Shown one piece after another: positions 1-8,326 of a DNA stretch of 41,111 bases. The position numbers were made by a program, and so were the translations under genes. Numbering within the stretch: position 1 is the stretch's first letter; each line of letters starts with the position of its first letter. Under the pieces are notes generated by a model. It saw only the letters and a program-made list of their open reading frames with translations. It searched no databases and was not told the origin of the DNA. This DNA comes from a virus (taxonomy: Duplodnaviria; Heunggongvirae; Uroviricota; Caudoviricetes): the IMG/VR virus record IMGVR_UViG_2724679059_000002, positions 1 through 41,111 of that record. One strand, 5' to 3'.

Positions 1-516
1 ATGAAATTTAAAAAATGTCTTCTGCCTGTGGCAATGTTAGCGTCATTCACTCTGGCAGGATGCCAGTCAAATGCTGACGATCATGCCGCCGATGTTTATC
101 AAACCGATCAACTGAATACCAAACAAGAAACTAAAACCGTTAATATTATTTCCATTCTTCCCGCAAAAGTTGCCGTAGACAACTCCCAAAATAAACGGAA
201 CGCACAAGCCTTCGGCGCGCTTATTGGCGCAGTCGCTGGCGGTGTTATCGGCCACAACGTCGGTTCTGGCAGCAATTCCGGAACGACGGCAGGGGCAGTT
301 GGCGGCGGAGCTGTAGGCGCGGCAGTGGGTTCTATGGTGAATGATAAAACCTTAGTGGAAGGTGTTTCTTTAACATATAAGGAAGGCACCAAAGTGTATA
401 CCTCTACCCAGGTGGGTAAAGAGTGCCAGTTTACGACAGGTTTAGCCGTTGTTATTACCACAACGTATAACGAAACGCGTATTCAGCCAAATACTAAATG
501 TCCTGAAAAGAGCTAA
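1..516 (+). CDS. Lipoprotein with glycine-zipper domain (YcfJ / Rick_17kDa_Anti-like)
   Basis: Signal peptide with lipobox LAGC; Gly/Ala-rich zipper GALIGAVAGGVIGHNVG resembling YcfJ/SlyB family. Lies outside the phage lysis cassette and is followed by a second signal-peptide gene. Confidence 0.6.
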   Translation: MKFKKCLLPVAMLASFTLAGCQSNADDHAADVYQTDQLNTKQETKTVNIISILPAKVAVDNSQNKRNAQAFGALIGAVAGGVIGHNVGSGSNSGTTAGAVGGGAVGAAVGSMVNDKTLVEGVSLTYKEGTKVYTSTQVGKECQFTTGLAVVITTTYNETRIQPNTKCPEKS

Positions 517-522
517 TAATCA

Positions 523-1070
523 GGAGGAGTCATGAAGAAAGTTTTTCTTTGCGCCATCTTGGCCTCCTTAAGCTATCCGGCTATCGCCTCATCATGCAGG
601 ATCAACTCTCTGCTGTAGCAGAAGCTGAACAGCAAGGTAAAAATGAAGAGCAAAGGCAGCATGACGAATGGGTCGCGGAGCGCAACAGGGAAATCCAGCA
701 AGAGAAGCAACGTCGCGCAAATGCCCAGGCCGCCGCTAACAAAAGAGCGGCAACGGCAGCGGCAAATAAGAAAGCTCGTCAGGATAAACTGGACGCCGAA
801 GCCTCTGCGGACAAAAAACGCGATCAAAGTTATGAAGATGAGCTACGCAGCTTAGAGATTCAGAAACAAAAACTGGCGCTGGCAAAAGAAGAAGCCCGCG
901 TTAAGCGCGAAAACGAATTTATCGATCAGGAACTGAAGCACAAAGCTGCGCAAACCGATGTGGTGCAATCTGAAGCTGACGCCAACAGAAATATGACTGA
1001 AGGCGGTCGCGATCTGATGAAAAGCGTGGGCAAAGCAGAAGAGAACAAATCGGAAAGCTGGTTTAATTAA
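523..1070 (+). pseudogene. Secreted coiled-coil protein, apparent frameshift between signal peptide and body
   Basis: ATG at 523 with strong RBS (aggagg) encodes signal peptide MKKVFLCAILASLSYPAIA, then stops after 28 codons; the long Lys/Glu/Ala/Gln-rich ORF continues in another frame (track ORF 549..1070). Confidence 0.4.
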
Positions 1071-1100
1071 TCGATGTTAGTAACTTCAAGCCCATGATTC

Positions 1101-1135
1101 TTGAAGATAAAAAACCCTCTGTAGTAACAGAGGGT
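1101..1135. terminator. Bidirectional intrinsic terminator
   Basis: aaaaaccctctg-tagtaa-cagagggtttt: 7-bp GC-rich stem flanked by A-tract and T-tract; separates host-like genes from the phage lysis cassette. Confidence 0.6.
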
Positions 1136-1287
1136 TTTGTTCATTCATAGTGCAGGGTCAAATCATTCCCACTCAATTATTTACGGAAACCATAACCAAT
1201 TGAGTGATAACACTTTTCCAAATCTCAATTTTCCTCGTACCGTTTTATATACCGTCACAGGAAATCAGTACCATGAAAAATGCCATA

Positions 1288-1770
1288 CTATCTGGTCAGG
1301 GTGTCGTACTGTTTTTCACAGACTCTTCCGGCTTCGGCTGCCCGGTCAGCATACTCTGCCAGTTGTCTGTTTCTCTCGAGAGATTTGCTGAGCACGTCGG
1401 CAAGCAAAACTCCGGTGTCTGCGGCTGACGTCCCAGCGCCGACAATGGCGTTATACTGCCTGAGCTGCTCACGGATGGCAAAGAGTTGTTGCTGCAACCG
1501 GCCAGCGCGAGCGGCGGCATCAAGAGCATCATTGCGCGCCTGGTCGATCCTCTGCTGAGCTTCACGTTCATTGGTCACTTTCTCCTGTTCGTAGTACTGA
1601 CGAACTTTGTCTTCTTCGTCTTTGCGGTCTTCTTCCGCCTGCGCATACCCGGCATCGTACTGGCGGCTGCCGTGTATATTCCAAGCAACCACTCCGACGA
1701 TGAACAGAGCAGCAAGCATCAACACGATAAGCATCTGTTTCCAGTATGCTTTTACGAATACCCAGATCAT
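1288..1770 (-). CDS. Rz-like i-spanin
   Basis: N-terminal TM segment then charged coiled-coil periplasmic region; last gene of the lysis cassette after the endolysin; contains an embedded lipoprotein ORF. Confidence 0.65.
   Translation of the reverse strand: MIWVFVKAYWKQMLIVLMLAALFIVGVVAWNIHGSRQYDAGYAQAEEDRKDEEDKVRQYYEQEKVTNEREAQQRIDQARNDALDAAARAGRLQQQLFAIREQLRQYNAIVGAGTSAADTGVLLADVLSKSLERNRQLAEYADRAAEAGRVCEKQYDTLTR
1296..1532 (-). CDS. Rz1-like o-spanin (lipoprotein) embedded in Rz in the +1 frame
   Basis: Track ORF 1296..1571 contains [13 protein letters not shown] lipobox and a Pro/Ser-rich body; start assigned to internal ATG at 1532. Confidence 0.55.
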   Translation of the reverse strand: MMLLMPPLALAGCSNNSLPSVSSSGSITPLSALGRQPQTPEFCLPTCSANLSRETDNWQSMLTGQPKPEESVKNSTTP

Positions 1771-2396
1771 ACAGCCAGCACCTTACTGGCAGTGACGTAC
1801 CGCGCGCGCCGGTCGTCGATGCCATTCCTGCCACCATTGATAATCAGAGTTACACGTGCAATATCGCCGGTATACTTCATGCAACCTTTGCTGGAGAAGA
1901 ACCACGCCGCGCTACGAGCAGCGTATTCGTCCTGCGCCAACAGTTCAGGATTCTCCAGCAGGTCAACTTTCAGACCGTTTCCACAGTCACGATAGTTATT
2001 CAAACCGGTAATCTGGATAAGCCCGCGCCCACGGTAATTCCAGCCATCACCATGGGCATTGTTCCCCATGCGTTTGCTGTACACCAGATTTGCGATCGCG
2101 CGCTGGCGCTCGAGTGGCAATGGTGGTTCACCAGCACGGCGACCAAGTGCATTAGCCTGCCCCTGAGTGAGACGCCCAGCCCGAACGAAGTTAGCCAATC
2201 CGGTTACGCTGTAGTTGAAATTTTCCTGCAACCGGGTGAAGCCTCCAGACTCATGCCCGACCTGAGCAATAAACATTGCCTGATCTTCTGGTTTGCTGAT
2301 ACCAAACTCTTTCATCGCAGAAGTTATATGCGAGAACCAGCGAGCGGCCAGCGCCTCGCTAATACCAGCAGCTCGCTGGAATTGTTTAATCTCCAT
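1767..2396 (-). CDS. Endolysin, glycoside hydrolase family 19 (chitinase-like lysozyme)
   Basis: Motif [15 protein letters not shown] typical of GH19; sits between holin-like genes and Rz. Confidence 0.8.
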   Translation of the reverse strand: MEIKQFQRAAGISEALAARWFSHITSAMKEFGISKPEDQAMFIAQVGHESGGFTRLQENFNYSVTGLANFVRAGRLTQGQANALGRRAGEPPLPLERQRAIANLVYSKRMGNNAHGDGWNYRGRGLIQITGLNNYRDCGNGLKVDLLENPELLAQDEYAARSAAWFFSSKGCMKYTGDIARVTLIINGGRNGIDDRRARYVTASKVLAV

Positions 2397-2694
2397 ATTT
2401 AGACCTCGTTATTTTGAAAATCTGAACGACGTTACCGCGAGTTTTAAGAACCGCAGCAAGCATGACAGCGTTGATAATGACCTCAGATAAATCCACAGCC
2501 ATTGGCGTGCGTAACCAGATTGCATAAACGACACGAACTGGAATACTCGCAGCAGCAACAATCAGGAAATAAGCAATCCACCCACCCCATCTTCGATGTT
2601 GAGATCCGTTACGCTGGAAAGTGACAACGCGAATTGCTATGCCAGTACAAATAACCGCATTGGTGATAAGTAAAAAAAGCTCATGCGTTACCAT
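2386..2694 (-). CDS. Holin/antiholin-like small membrane protein
   Basis: 102 aa with 2-3 predicted TM helices, immediately upstream of the endolysin with overlapping start/stop. Confidence 0.5.
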   Translation of the reverse strand: MVTHELFLLITNAVICTGIAIRVVTFQRNGSQHRRWGGWIAYFLIVAAASIPVRVVYAIWLRTPMAVDLSEVIINAVMLAAVLKTRGNVVQIFKITRSKYGD

Positions 2695-3097
2695 CGTCTT
2701 TTCTCCCCGGCATTAATTCGCGTGGATTATCGGAACGGTGATAGAGCCAGATACCAATACGCACAGCGACAATTGCTGACACGAATGCGCCAGCAGAGAA
2801 AACAATCCCTTTCTCAAAAGAGTCCTGTGTGATGGTAGGGATCAGGCTGGCTATGCCAATAAGAATTGATGCTGCTGGTTTGTAAAAGAGAAGGCCGCAA
2901 ATAAAGCTGAGCACTGACAGAAGAACACGACGACGGATTGGATACTCGATAGCAGAGGTAACAAAAATCACAGCTCCGGCAAGTGAGCCCAAAGCAACTT
3001 CAGGTGGAGTCCCACCAATAACCGCAGCAAGAGAACCAACAGTAAGATACTGATTTACATGATCATTGGTTATTTGAAATGACATATCAACCACCAT
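2681..3097 (-). CDS. Holin-like multi-TM membrane protein
   Basis: 138 aa, several hydrophobic helices; first gene of the lysis cassette downstream of the tail fibre. Confidence 0.5.
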   Translation of the reverse strand: MVVDMSFQITNDHVNQYLTVGSLAAVIGGTPPEVALGSLAGAVIFVTSAIEYPIRRRVLLSVLSFICGLLFYKPAASILIGIASLIPTITQDSFEKGIVFSAGAFVSAIVAVRIGIWLYHRSDNPRELMPGRKDDGNA

Positions 3098-3236
3098 TTA
3101 ACATTCATCAAATCTCCAGTTTCTGGTAGAACACCATCAAAACCAAACCATATATGAATTATTATGTTATAAGTAAACAACAAAATCATCATTTGTGTTT
3201 TTTAGATTGCGATTTTTAGTCGCAATCTAAAAACAA

Positions 3237-5231
3237 CTAATTAACTAATGAAGGGAATGTCGTATTAATTACAAGAACTGTTCCTGACGGATAGCTCTGA
3301 ATTGTAACTTTACCGTTTGAAAGTATATTAATGAGGGCAACCGATGAATCAGTACCTGATGGAATATAAGAAATATCATTCTTTGGTCTAAACCCTTCTG
3401 GCAATACCATAATAACTGTGCCAACAGATGTATTTCCACCTGTTAAAACAGCAGATAAAGTAACAACGCCCTCGGCTGATTTCTGATATGTTCCACTTCT
3501 TGCCTCACCTACAGACCAACCATTTTGCAATATGCCACTCATATCATACTGATTACCTCGCCATGTACTCCATGTATTCTCACTAATCCTTCCAATCCTC
3601 ATTAAGCAAACGCGAGCATTATCTGAAGAATAACCATAATTTTTTTGTACTACTATTCCGTCAACAAATCTATCAACCTGAATAACACCATCAAGAGGCC
3701 AAGAAGCATCATCAGGGTTTGTTCTCCACCATGAAGTCCCCATGTGAAAAGTATTTGGCGGATATGAGCTATTGATGAATTGTATGGAAGAACCATTGTT
3801 AGAAAAAAGGTTGCTACTCCCATTTATAACAGCACACGGTCCATAAATATATTCAAATAATAATTTATGTATCTGTGCGCTAAATGTTGAGTTTGGGTGT
3901 ATTCCCCTTCCATCGCCATAAGGGTCATCAAGCCAGTTACCAGCAGATCCTCTCGAATCCTGCCACATACCGTAAGTATCAAAAAACATACACTTATATT
4001 GTTTTGCTTTGGCTCTAAGTACGGCTGTCAGCTGCTCATACCATTTTTCATCACGTCCGTTTGGTGTGTCTGATGTTGAATTTGGAGACATGATAATAAT
4101 TGATTGCTGGGCAACTGATTTATTATTTCGTAACTTTGAAAGACCTCTATCTAAAGCATCTTTTACTTGATCCAATGTATAACCATAATATGGATCGTTA
4201 ATTCCCCATCGTAAAACAATCAAATCAGCAGCAGAAAAAACAGACCATTCATGATCAATATACCAATTACCCCATTCGTATAGAGTTTTACCTGAATGGC
4301 CTAATGATGTATTTTTTACATCAATAATTCCATACCTCTTTGCATAAAAATCAGCAATAGTTGCTGGTGGCCATAATTCAGAGTTAACACCAACAATCGT
4401 GGAGTCACCAGACCACAAAATATATGTTTTCTGTGATTTATCCACGCCATCTGCTTTTATCATCTTGCTAATAACATAATTAAGATATTGGTCACCAGTT
4501 ACAAAACGGGAACGAGGGTCAGAATACGTTGTTAGTTGAACACCTTCTGTATTAAATACACGCCCCCTGCGTTGCTCAATTTCAACACCATATTCATTTA
4601 ACAATGAAGATACAATTTCATCATCTTTCATCGTAATTACAGTTTGACCGGCTATAGATAAGTTTATGGCTTGCTGTATATTATTCCCTACAGCTCCAGT
4701 TCTTGTAATATCTGGACGCAAAGTACTATCACCACCTTCTATATACCCTTCAAGATAACTTAAAGTTACTGCATCCTGAGGGCTTTCTGGATCTTTAAGA
4801 TTTCTAATCCTGTTATTTAAAGCGTCGTACCAGTTTGCAATACTTGATGGTTTGCAAAGTGCAAGACGAAACAAGCTACGACATTGTTGAATCAGCATCG
4901 TTAGCTTATCAAACGCATCCTCATGCACCTCTGCAAAGAATTTACCCTGATTACGCAGATCTGTTTCCTGAGTAACCGGGAGCTCTCGTGATATAGAGAT
5001 CTGATAACCGTTGGCCAATGCCTTCGACAGTATTATATTACCGCCTCTATAGCCTCCCGCACCAGTGACTGCGTAATCAGTATCAAGAGCCAGCACAGTG
5101 ATATTCTCGTCAAGGTCAATCACCTGCACCACCAGATCAGATTTCTGGAAAATCCTAAAGGTATAAGGGAACGTAGTTGTAACACCGTTACCTGTATATT
5201 CGTTGTGGTCAACTTCGGTTGAGACCGTCAT
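3237..5231 (-). CDS. Tail fibre/tailspike: T7-like N-terminal adaptor domain fused to SGNH/GDSL esterase-like C-terminal domain
   Basis: N-terminus MTVSTEVDHNEYTGNGVTTTFPYTF...TDYAVT aligns by eye with T7 gp17 N-terminus; C-terminal region has WSGDST (GDS motif) and a distal DxxH-like motif (GRGIHP); C-terminal DNA looks AT-rich. Confidence 0.7.
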   Translation of the reverse strand: MTVSTEVDHNEYTGNGVTTTFPYTFRIFQKSDLVVQVIDLDENITVLALDTDYAVTGAGGYRGGNIILSKALANGYQISISRELPVTQETDLRNQGKFFAEVHEDAFDKLTMLIQQCRSLFRLALCKPSSIANWYDALNNRIRNLKDPESPQDAVTLSYLEGYIEGGDSTLRPDITRTGAVGNNIQQAINLSIAGQTVITMKDDEIVSSLLNEYGVEIEQRRGRVFNTEGVQLTTYSDPRSRFVTGDQYLNYVISKMIKADGVDKSQKTYILWSGDSTIVGVNSELWPPATIADFYAKRYGIIDVKNTSLGHSGKTLYEWGNWYIDHEWSVFSAADLIVLRWGINDPYYGYTLDQVKDALDRGLSKLRNNKSVAQQSIIIMSPNSTSDTPNGRDEKWYEQLTAVLRAKAKQYKCMFFDTYGMWQDSRGSAGNWLDDPYGDGRGIHPNSTFSAQIHKLLFEYIYGPCAVINGSSNLFSNNGSSIQFINSSYPPNTFHMGTSWWRTNPDDASWPLDGVIQVDRFVDGIVVQKNYGYSSDNARVCLMRIGRISENTWSTWRGNQYDMSGILQNGWSVGEARSGTYQKSAEGVVTLSAVLTGGNTSVGTVIMVLPEGFRPKNDISYIPSGTDSSVALINILSNGKVTIQSYPSGTVLVINTTFPSLVN

Positions 5232-5335
5232 GTTAAATCTCCAGATAGTCGCAGCACCCGTTGCGCCGCATATCCGGTTATTCTATTACCTTAAAAACCA
5301 TATATGGATAGATAACCCATAAATACGAACAGATA

Positions 5336-5350
5336 TTACCTTTCAGGTGA
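5336..5350. promoter_or_regulatory. Operator-like palindrome TTACC-N5-GGTGA upstream of antirepressor-like gene
   Basis: Member of the recurrent TTACC-N5-GGTAA family; flanking sequence resembles region 24338-24410. Confidence 0.45.
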
Positions 5351-5387
5351 TTCGCAAAACGTGCTGGATAGCAAACAAATTATTTGC

Positions 5388-5407
5388 TACTGTATATTTA
5401 TACAGTT
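5388..5407. promoter_or_regulatory. LexA (SOS) box
   Basis: TACTGTATATTTATACAGTT is a near-perfect match to the CTGT-N8-ACAG LexA consensus, 20 bp upstream of the ATG at 5427. Confidence 0.7.
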
Positions 5408-5426
5408 ATTGCATGGAGAAGATAAG

Positions 5427-5684
5427 ATGCAGCAGTATCACTATCCACTGGAAGAGGGATTTACCGAAAGGATTCACACGCCGGGAGGCGTCAGGTCACT
5501 GGTGGAGGGATCGCACTTGATGAAATTACTCCGGGATCTCGATAAGGATGGATTTAATGTCGATGGCCCACTTGCCGAACTGACTGCACTGATTAACTAC
5601 GTCACCAGCTCACAGATGTCTATGCAGGATCTGCAAACACATCTCGACTATTGTGCCGAACAATTACGAAAACAAACCAGATAA
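5427..5684 (+). CDS. Small antirepressor-like protein (paralog of the C-terminal domain of the Bro-N protein at 6000..6710)
   Basis: RBS ggagaag 5 nt before ATG; 85 aa; aligns by eye with residues ~170-235 of the downstream Bro-N protein (motifs PxGV, LxxLLxxLxxDG, DxxGxxAELT, DxQTH); preceded by a LexA box. Confidence 0.55.
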   Translation: MQQYHYPLEEGFTERIHTPGGVRSLVEGSHLMKLLRDLDKDGFNVDGPLAELTALINYVTSSQMSMQDLQTHLDYCAEQLRKQTR

Positions 5685-5715
5685 GGTTTGTAATTACCAA
5701 GTAGAGTGCTTATAT

Positions 5716-5730
5716 TTACCTCTGCGGTAA
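5716..5730. promoter_or_regulatory. Operator-like palindrome TTACC-N5-GGTAA
   Basis: TTACCTCTGCGGTAA between the small antirepressor-like gene and the Bro-N gene. Confidence 0.4.
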
Positions 5731-5999
5731 ATTTACATCGCACTCCTCTTGTGCCATAGTAATCGGGCACTGGCAAAATCCAGTGCCGGGATTGGCGTCC
5801 CGATTTACTAAGTGGCGCATACCACGCCAGACGTGGTTTTTTTATGCGTTAAGCACAGCTATATCCGAATTATGGTGGGCTGGGCAGGGGTCCGAAAGGA
5901 CGCCGGTACCACTTAGGCCGGTACGCCAACCTTGTCCAGTTCACCACCAGTAATTGGCGTTGCGGTGGTGATTAAAATCACTAAGTGGAGATAACCACC

Positions 6000-6710
6000 A
6001 TGGCTAATGCTCAAACTGCCATCTTCAAATTTGAATCTGTTAACCCTATCCGTTCCATCATTATCGATGGCCAACCATGGTTTGTAGCCCAAGACGTTTG
6101 TAGTGCGCTGCGTATCCAAAACGTCACCCAAGCACTTGAAAAACTGGATGATGATGAAAGGTCTATGTTCAACATAGGGCATGAACATCGTGCAATTTTT
6201 GACAGCCGAGTAAAAGAGATCAACATCATCTCCGAGTCAGGCCTCTACACACTGATCCTCCGCTGCCGCGACGCAGTGACACCAGGCACTATCCCCTACC
6301 GCTTTCGTAAATGGGTTACAGGTGAGGTTCTTCCTCTGATCCGCCGCACTGGAAGTTACATTAAAAACTCGCTCCCGCAGGAAGAACGCATAAAGATGGT
6401 TGCCGACCAGGTAGCCAACGCCACGGCGTCAGCAGTAATGCAGGCAATGAAGATAGAGAACAAAACCTACAGCGCCCCACTGAAGCCCGGATACCGCAGC
6501 CTGATTCATTCTCCGTCTGGTGTTCTCGGCCTGACGGAGAACTCACTGCTGATGAATCTGCTGAACCAGTTACAGGAAGACGGGCACGACGTATCTGGCG
6601 CGGCGGCGGAGCTGACCACCATGTTCTGCTACATCGTTGGTGTGAGCAAATGCCTGCGTGATATCCAGACTCACGCGGAGTATATCAACGACAAAGCAGG
6701 GTTCTTCTGA
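6000..6710 (+). CDS. Bro-N domain protein (phage antirepressor-like) with C-terminal domain
   Basis: N-terminus FKFESVNPIRSIIIDGQPWFVAQDVCSAL matches the Bro-N pattern; RBS ggag upstream; C-terminal domain paralogous to 5427..5684. Confidence 0.65.
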   Translation: MANAQTAIFKFESVNPIRSIIIDGQPWFVAQDVCSALRIQNVTQALEKLDDDERSMFNIGHEHRAIFDSRVKEINIISESGLYTLILRCRDAVTPGTIPYRFRKWVTGEVLPLIRRTGSYIKNSLPQEERIKMVADQVANATASAVMQAMKIENKTYSAPLKPGYRSLIHSPSGVLGLTENSLLMNLLNQLQEDGHDVSGAAAELTTMFCYIVGVSKCLRDIQTHAEYINDKAGFF

Positions 6711-6775
6711 CGGGCGGCGGCACAGGGATGTGCCTTTAAATAATTCTGTACAGATTGCAGGTGAATAGCGTACTA

Positions 6776-6790
6776 TTACCTCAAGGGTAA
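6776..6790. promoter_or_regulatory. Operator-like palindrome TTACC-N5-GGTAA
   Basis: TTACCTCAAGGGTAA upstream of the small ORF / YafO-like pair. Confidence 0.4.
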
Positions 6791-6850
6791 ACGGATTGGT
6801 TTCATTTTTATTAATCCGTGTAATGAACTTATGAGATATGAGGTAATGTC

Positions 6851-7030
6851 ATGCGAAACGAAAAATTGCAGATGCGTAGAGCGCAAGCTGCCGCAAGACG
6901 TTCTTTCAATGGAAGCGTAGAGTACGTAAAAGTTACTATGACAAAAGATCACGCAAGTCGCGTATCCAGCGCTTTCTTTGATTCTCGTAACAATAAGGAA
7001 AATTATGAGTTTGTCTGCGTCGCAGAATGA
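6851..7030 (+). CDS. Small basic protein, candidate antitoxin-like partner (below the 60-aa track threshold)
   Basis: ATG at 6851 with SD tgagg 7 nt upstream; 59 codons; overlaps the start of the YafO-like gene by 26 nt in a different frame; Arg-rich N-terminus followed by a VKVTMTKDHASRVSSAF segment that could be a ribbon-helix-helix strand-helix. Confidence 0.3.
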   Translation: MRNEKLQMRRAQAAARRSFNGSVEYVKVTMTKDHASRVSSAFFDSRNNKENYEFVCVAE

Positions 7031-7550
7031 TAAAAATCAAATTGTCAGATATAAGGGTCGAGTATTGCATACGCAAAATTTCTCGGCCCTTTGTGCATCT
7101 GATCTTGAGCTGAAGAAAGTATCTGATGCATTTACCCAGTATTGGAAAACGGGATACCATCCATCTCTTGGTAAAGATGCCGCATTTGCTCGTCCGACAG
7201 AAATGCTTAAACTAAATGTCAGGCATACTCATGTCGATAACCAAGACTATATTCCAGAAGATAGTGATAAAAAACACACTGGTAAAAAATCATCCTGGGA
7301 TGCATGGAAAAATATAGCGTCTGTACAAGTAAAATGCATACCAACAAGTGATTGCTTTTTAGTTTATTCGGTAAATCACAATCGTGATGCGCTGGTTATG
7401 TTTTTTGTTGACGCAGATGCTCACAACATAACTGAGCAAGAAGAGTTTAAAGAGGCAGCAATCACTATCAGTTATCAATTCTTTGAGAAAACAAAAACAA
7501 AACCAATGCCTTTAGAAGAAGATCTTTTTTCTGATAAATGGAAGGAATAG
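7005..7550 (+). CDS. YafO-family toxin-like protein (ribosome-dependent mRNA interferase family)
   Basis: Aligns by eye with E. coli YafO: GKDAAFARPTEMLKLNVRHTHV vs GRDALYDDSFTWPLIKFERVAHIHL, and CFLVYSVN...ALVMFFVDADAHN vs AHLVYCQG...AWLLIAILKPEPHK; RBS aagga 5 nt before ATG; AT-rich. Confidence 0.55.
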   Translation: MSLSASQNDKNQIVRYKGRVLHTQNFSALCASDLELKKVSDAFTQYWKTGYHPSLGKDAAFARPTEMLKLNVRHTHVDNQDYIPEDSDKKHTGKKSSWDAWKNIASVQVKCIPTSDCFLVYSVNHNRDALVMFFVDADAHNITEQEEFKEAAITISYQFFEKTKTKPMPLEEDLFSDKWKE

Positions 7551-7570
7551 CCCGCACTGCGGGCTTTTTT
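7550..7570 (+). terminator. Intrinsic terminator after YafO-like gene
   Basis: gcccgc-act-gcgggc hairpin followed by tttttt. Confidence 0.55.
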
Positions 7571-7641
7571 GTGGACGAAACAAAAGTCAGTGCTACACTC
7601 ATTGACGCCACATTGAGGTGGCTTATAGATGGAAATTTCAA

Positions 7642-7803
7642 ATGAAAAAAGCATTTGCTGCACTGTTCGTTTTGTTGTCTCTGGTAGCTTCAACTCAGGC
7701 CTTTGCCGGTCGTTGTCAGCACGACAGCGATACTGCCGCTGACGGCTCCCGCTGCGGTGGGCGTTCTGCGGATTCCCGCCCGGGCGGCGGTGGCATTCGT
7801 TAA
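7642..7803 (+). CDS. Small secreted Cys-containing peptide
   Basis: 53 aa; signal peptide MKKAFAALFVLLSLVASTQAFA; Gly/Arg/Asp-rich mature part with 2 Cys; weak RBS. Confidence 0.35.
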   Translation: MKKAFAALFVLLSLVASTQAFAGRCQHDSDTAADGSRCGGRSADSRPGGGGIR

Positions 7804-7825
7804 AAACAAGGCCGCGAAAGCGGCC
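7801..7825 (-). terminator. Intrinsic terminator of the leftward structural operon
   Basis: ggccgc-gaaa-gcggcc hairpin followed on the - strand by a U-rich tract. Confidence 0.5.
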
Positions 7826-7834
7826 TGTGACATG

Positions 7835-8131
7835 TCACGTCCCTTTTCTGAATGATAGCCATTCGAAAAATGATGACATTCCACCGCAGACAATAACAAA
7901 GATGATCCCACCAAAGAAGAGAAGGCCAGCCTGCCACCACTCCCACCGCCATACATCCACAGCGCCAACCATACCAACAATCGCTCCAACAAATGGAATA
8001 TAGCTCACGATGAAAGCAATGGGGGCTGCAATTATCCAGTGCAATCCCCACCATGATTCAAGCCCAGCCATAATTGCTGCCAACTGAAAAAGACCAACGA
8101 CGATATAAACAATGAATCCTATCGCTTGCAT
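7835..8131 (-). CDS. Small integral membrane protein (Trp-rich, 3 predicted TM)
   Basis: 98 aa, strongly hydrophobic; last gene of the ejection-protein operon before the terminator. Confidence 0.5.
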   Translation of the reverse strand: MQAIGFIVYIVVGLFQLAAIMAGLESWWGLHWIIAAPIAFIVSYIPFVGAIVGMVGAVDVWRWEWWQAGLLFFGGIIFVIVCGGMSSFFEWLSFRKGT

Positions 8132-8326
8132 GTAGTCACCTATTTACCCAGTAAAAATCAGAGGCCTCCCCTCAATAAGGCTTGCAACAAGAACTATTCC
8201 CTGCACAACAAAGATGAACCAGCAAATAGCTTGAGTCTGAGGGTTAAGAAAATATTTGTAGCGGTCAATAAATAACAACCCACCAGAAATTATCACACTC
8301 AAAATAATTAAAAACAAAACACTTCC

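Noticed and set aside
1136-1287. Prophage attachment-site core at the left boundary
   Set aside because: The prophage boundary must lie in this interval, but the partner repeat is beyond the right window edge, so no att sequence can be assigned.
1486-2402. Plus-strand ORFs (169 aa and 218 aa) overlapping the Rz and endolysin genes
   Set aside because: Antisense shadow ORFs of clearly recognisable lysis genes, with low-complexity translations.
5361-5426. Upstream ATG (5361) as the start of the antirepressor-like gene
   Set aside because: It would place the LexA box and promoter inside the coding sequence; ATG at 5427 has a proper RBS and the homology to the Bro-N C-terminal domain begins after it.
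6740-6756. Possible second LexA box (ctgtacagattgcagg) upstream of the YafO-like module
   Set aside because: Does not satisfy CTGT-N8-ACAG (ends in CAGG), so it was not called.
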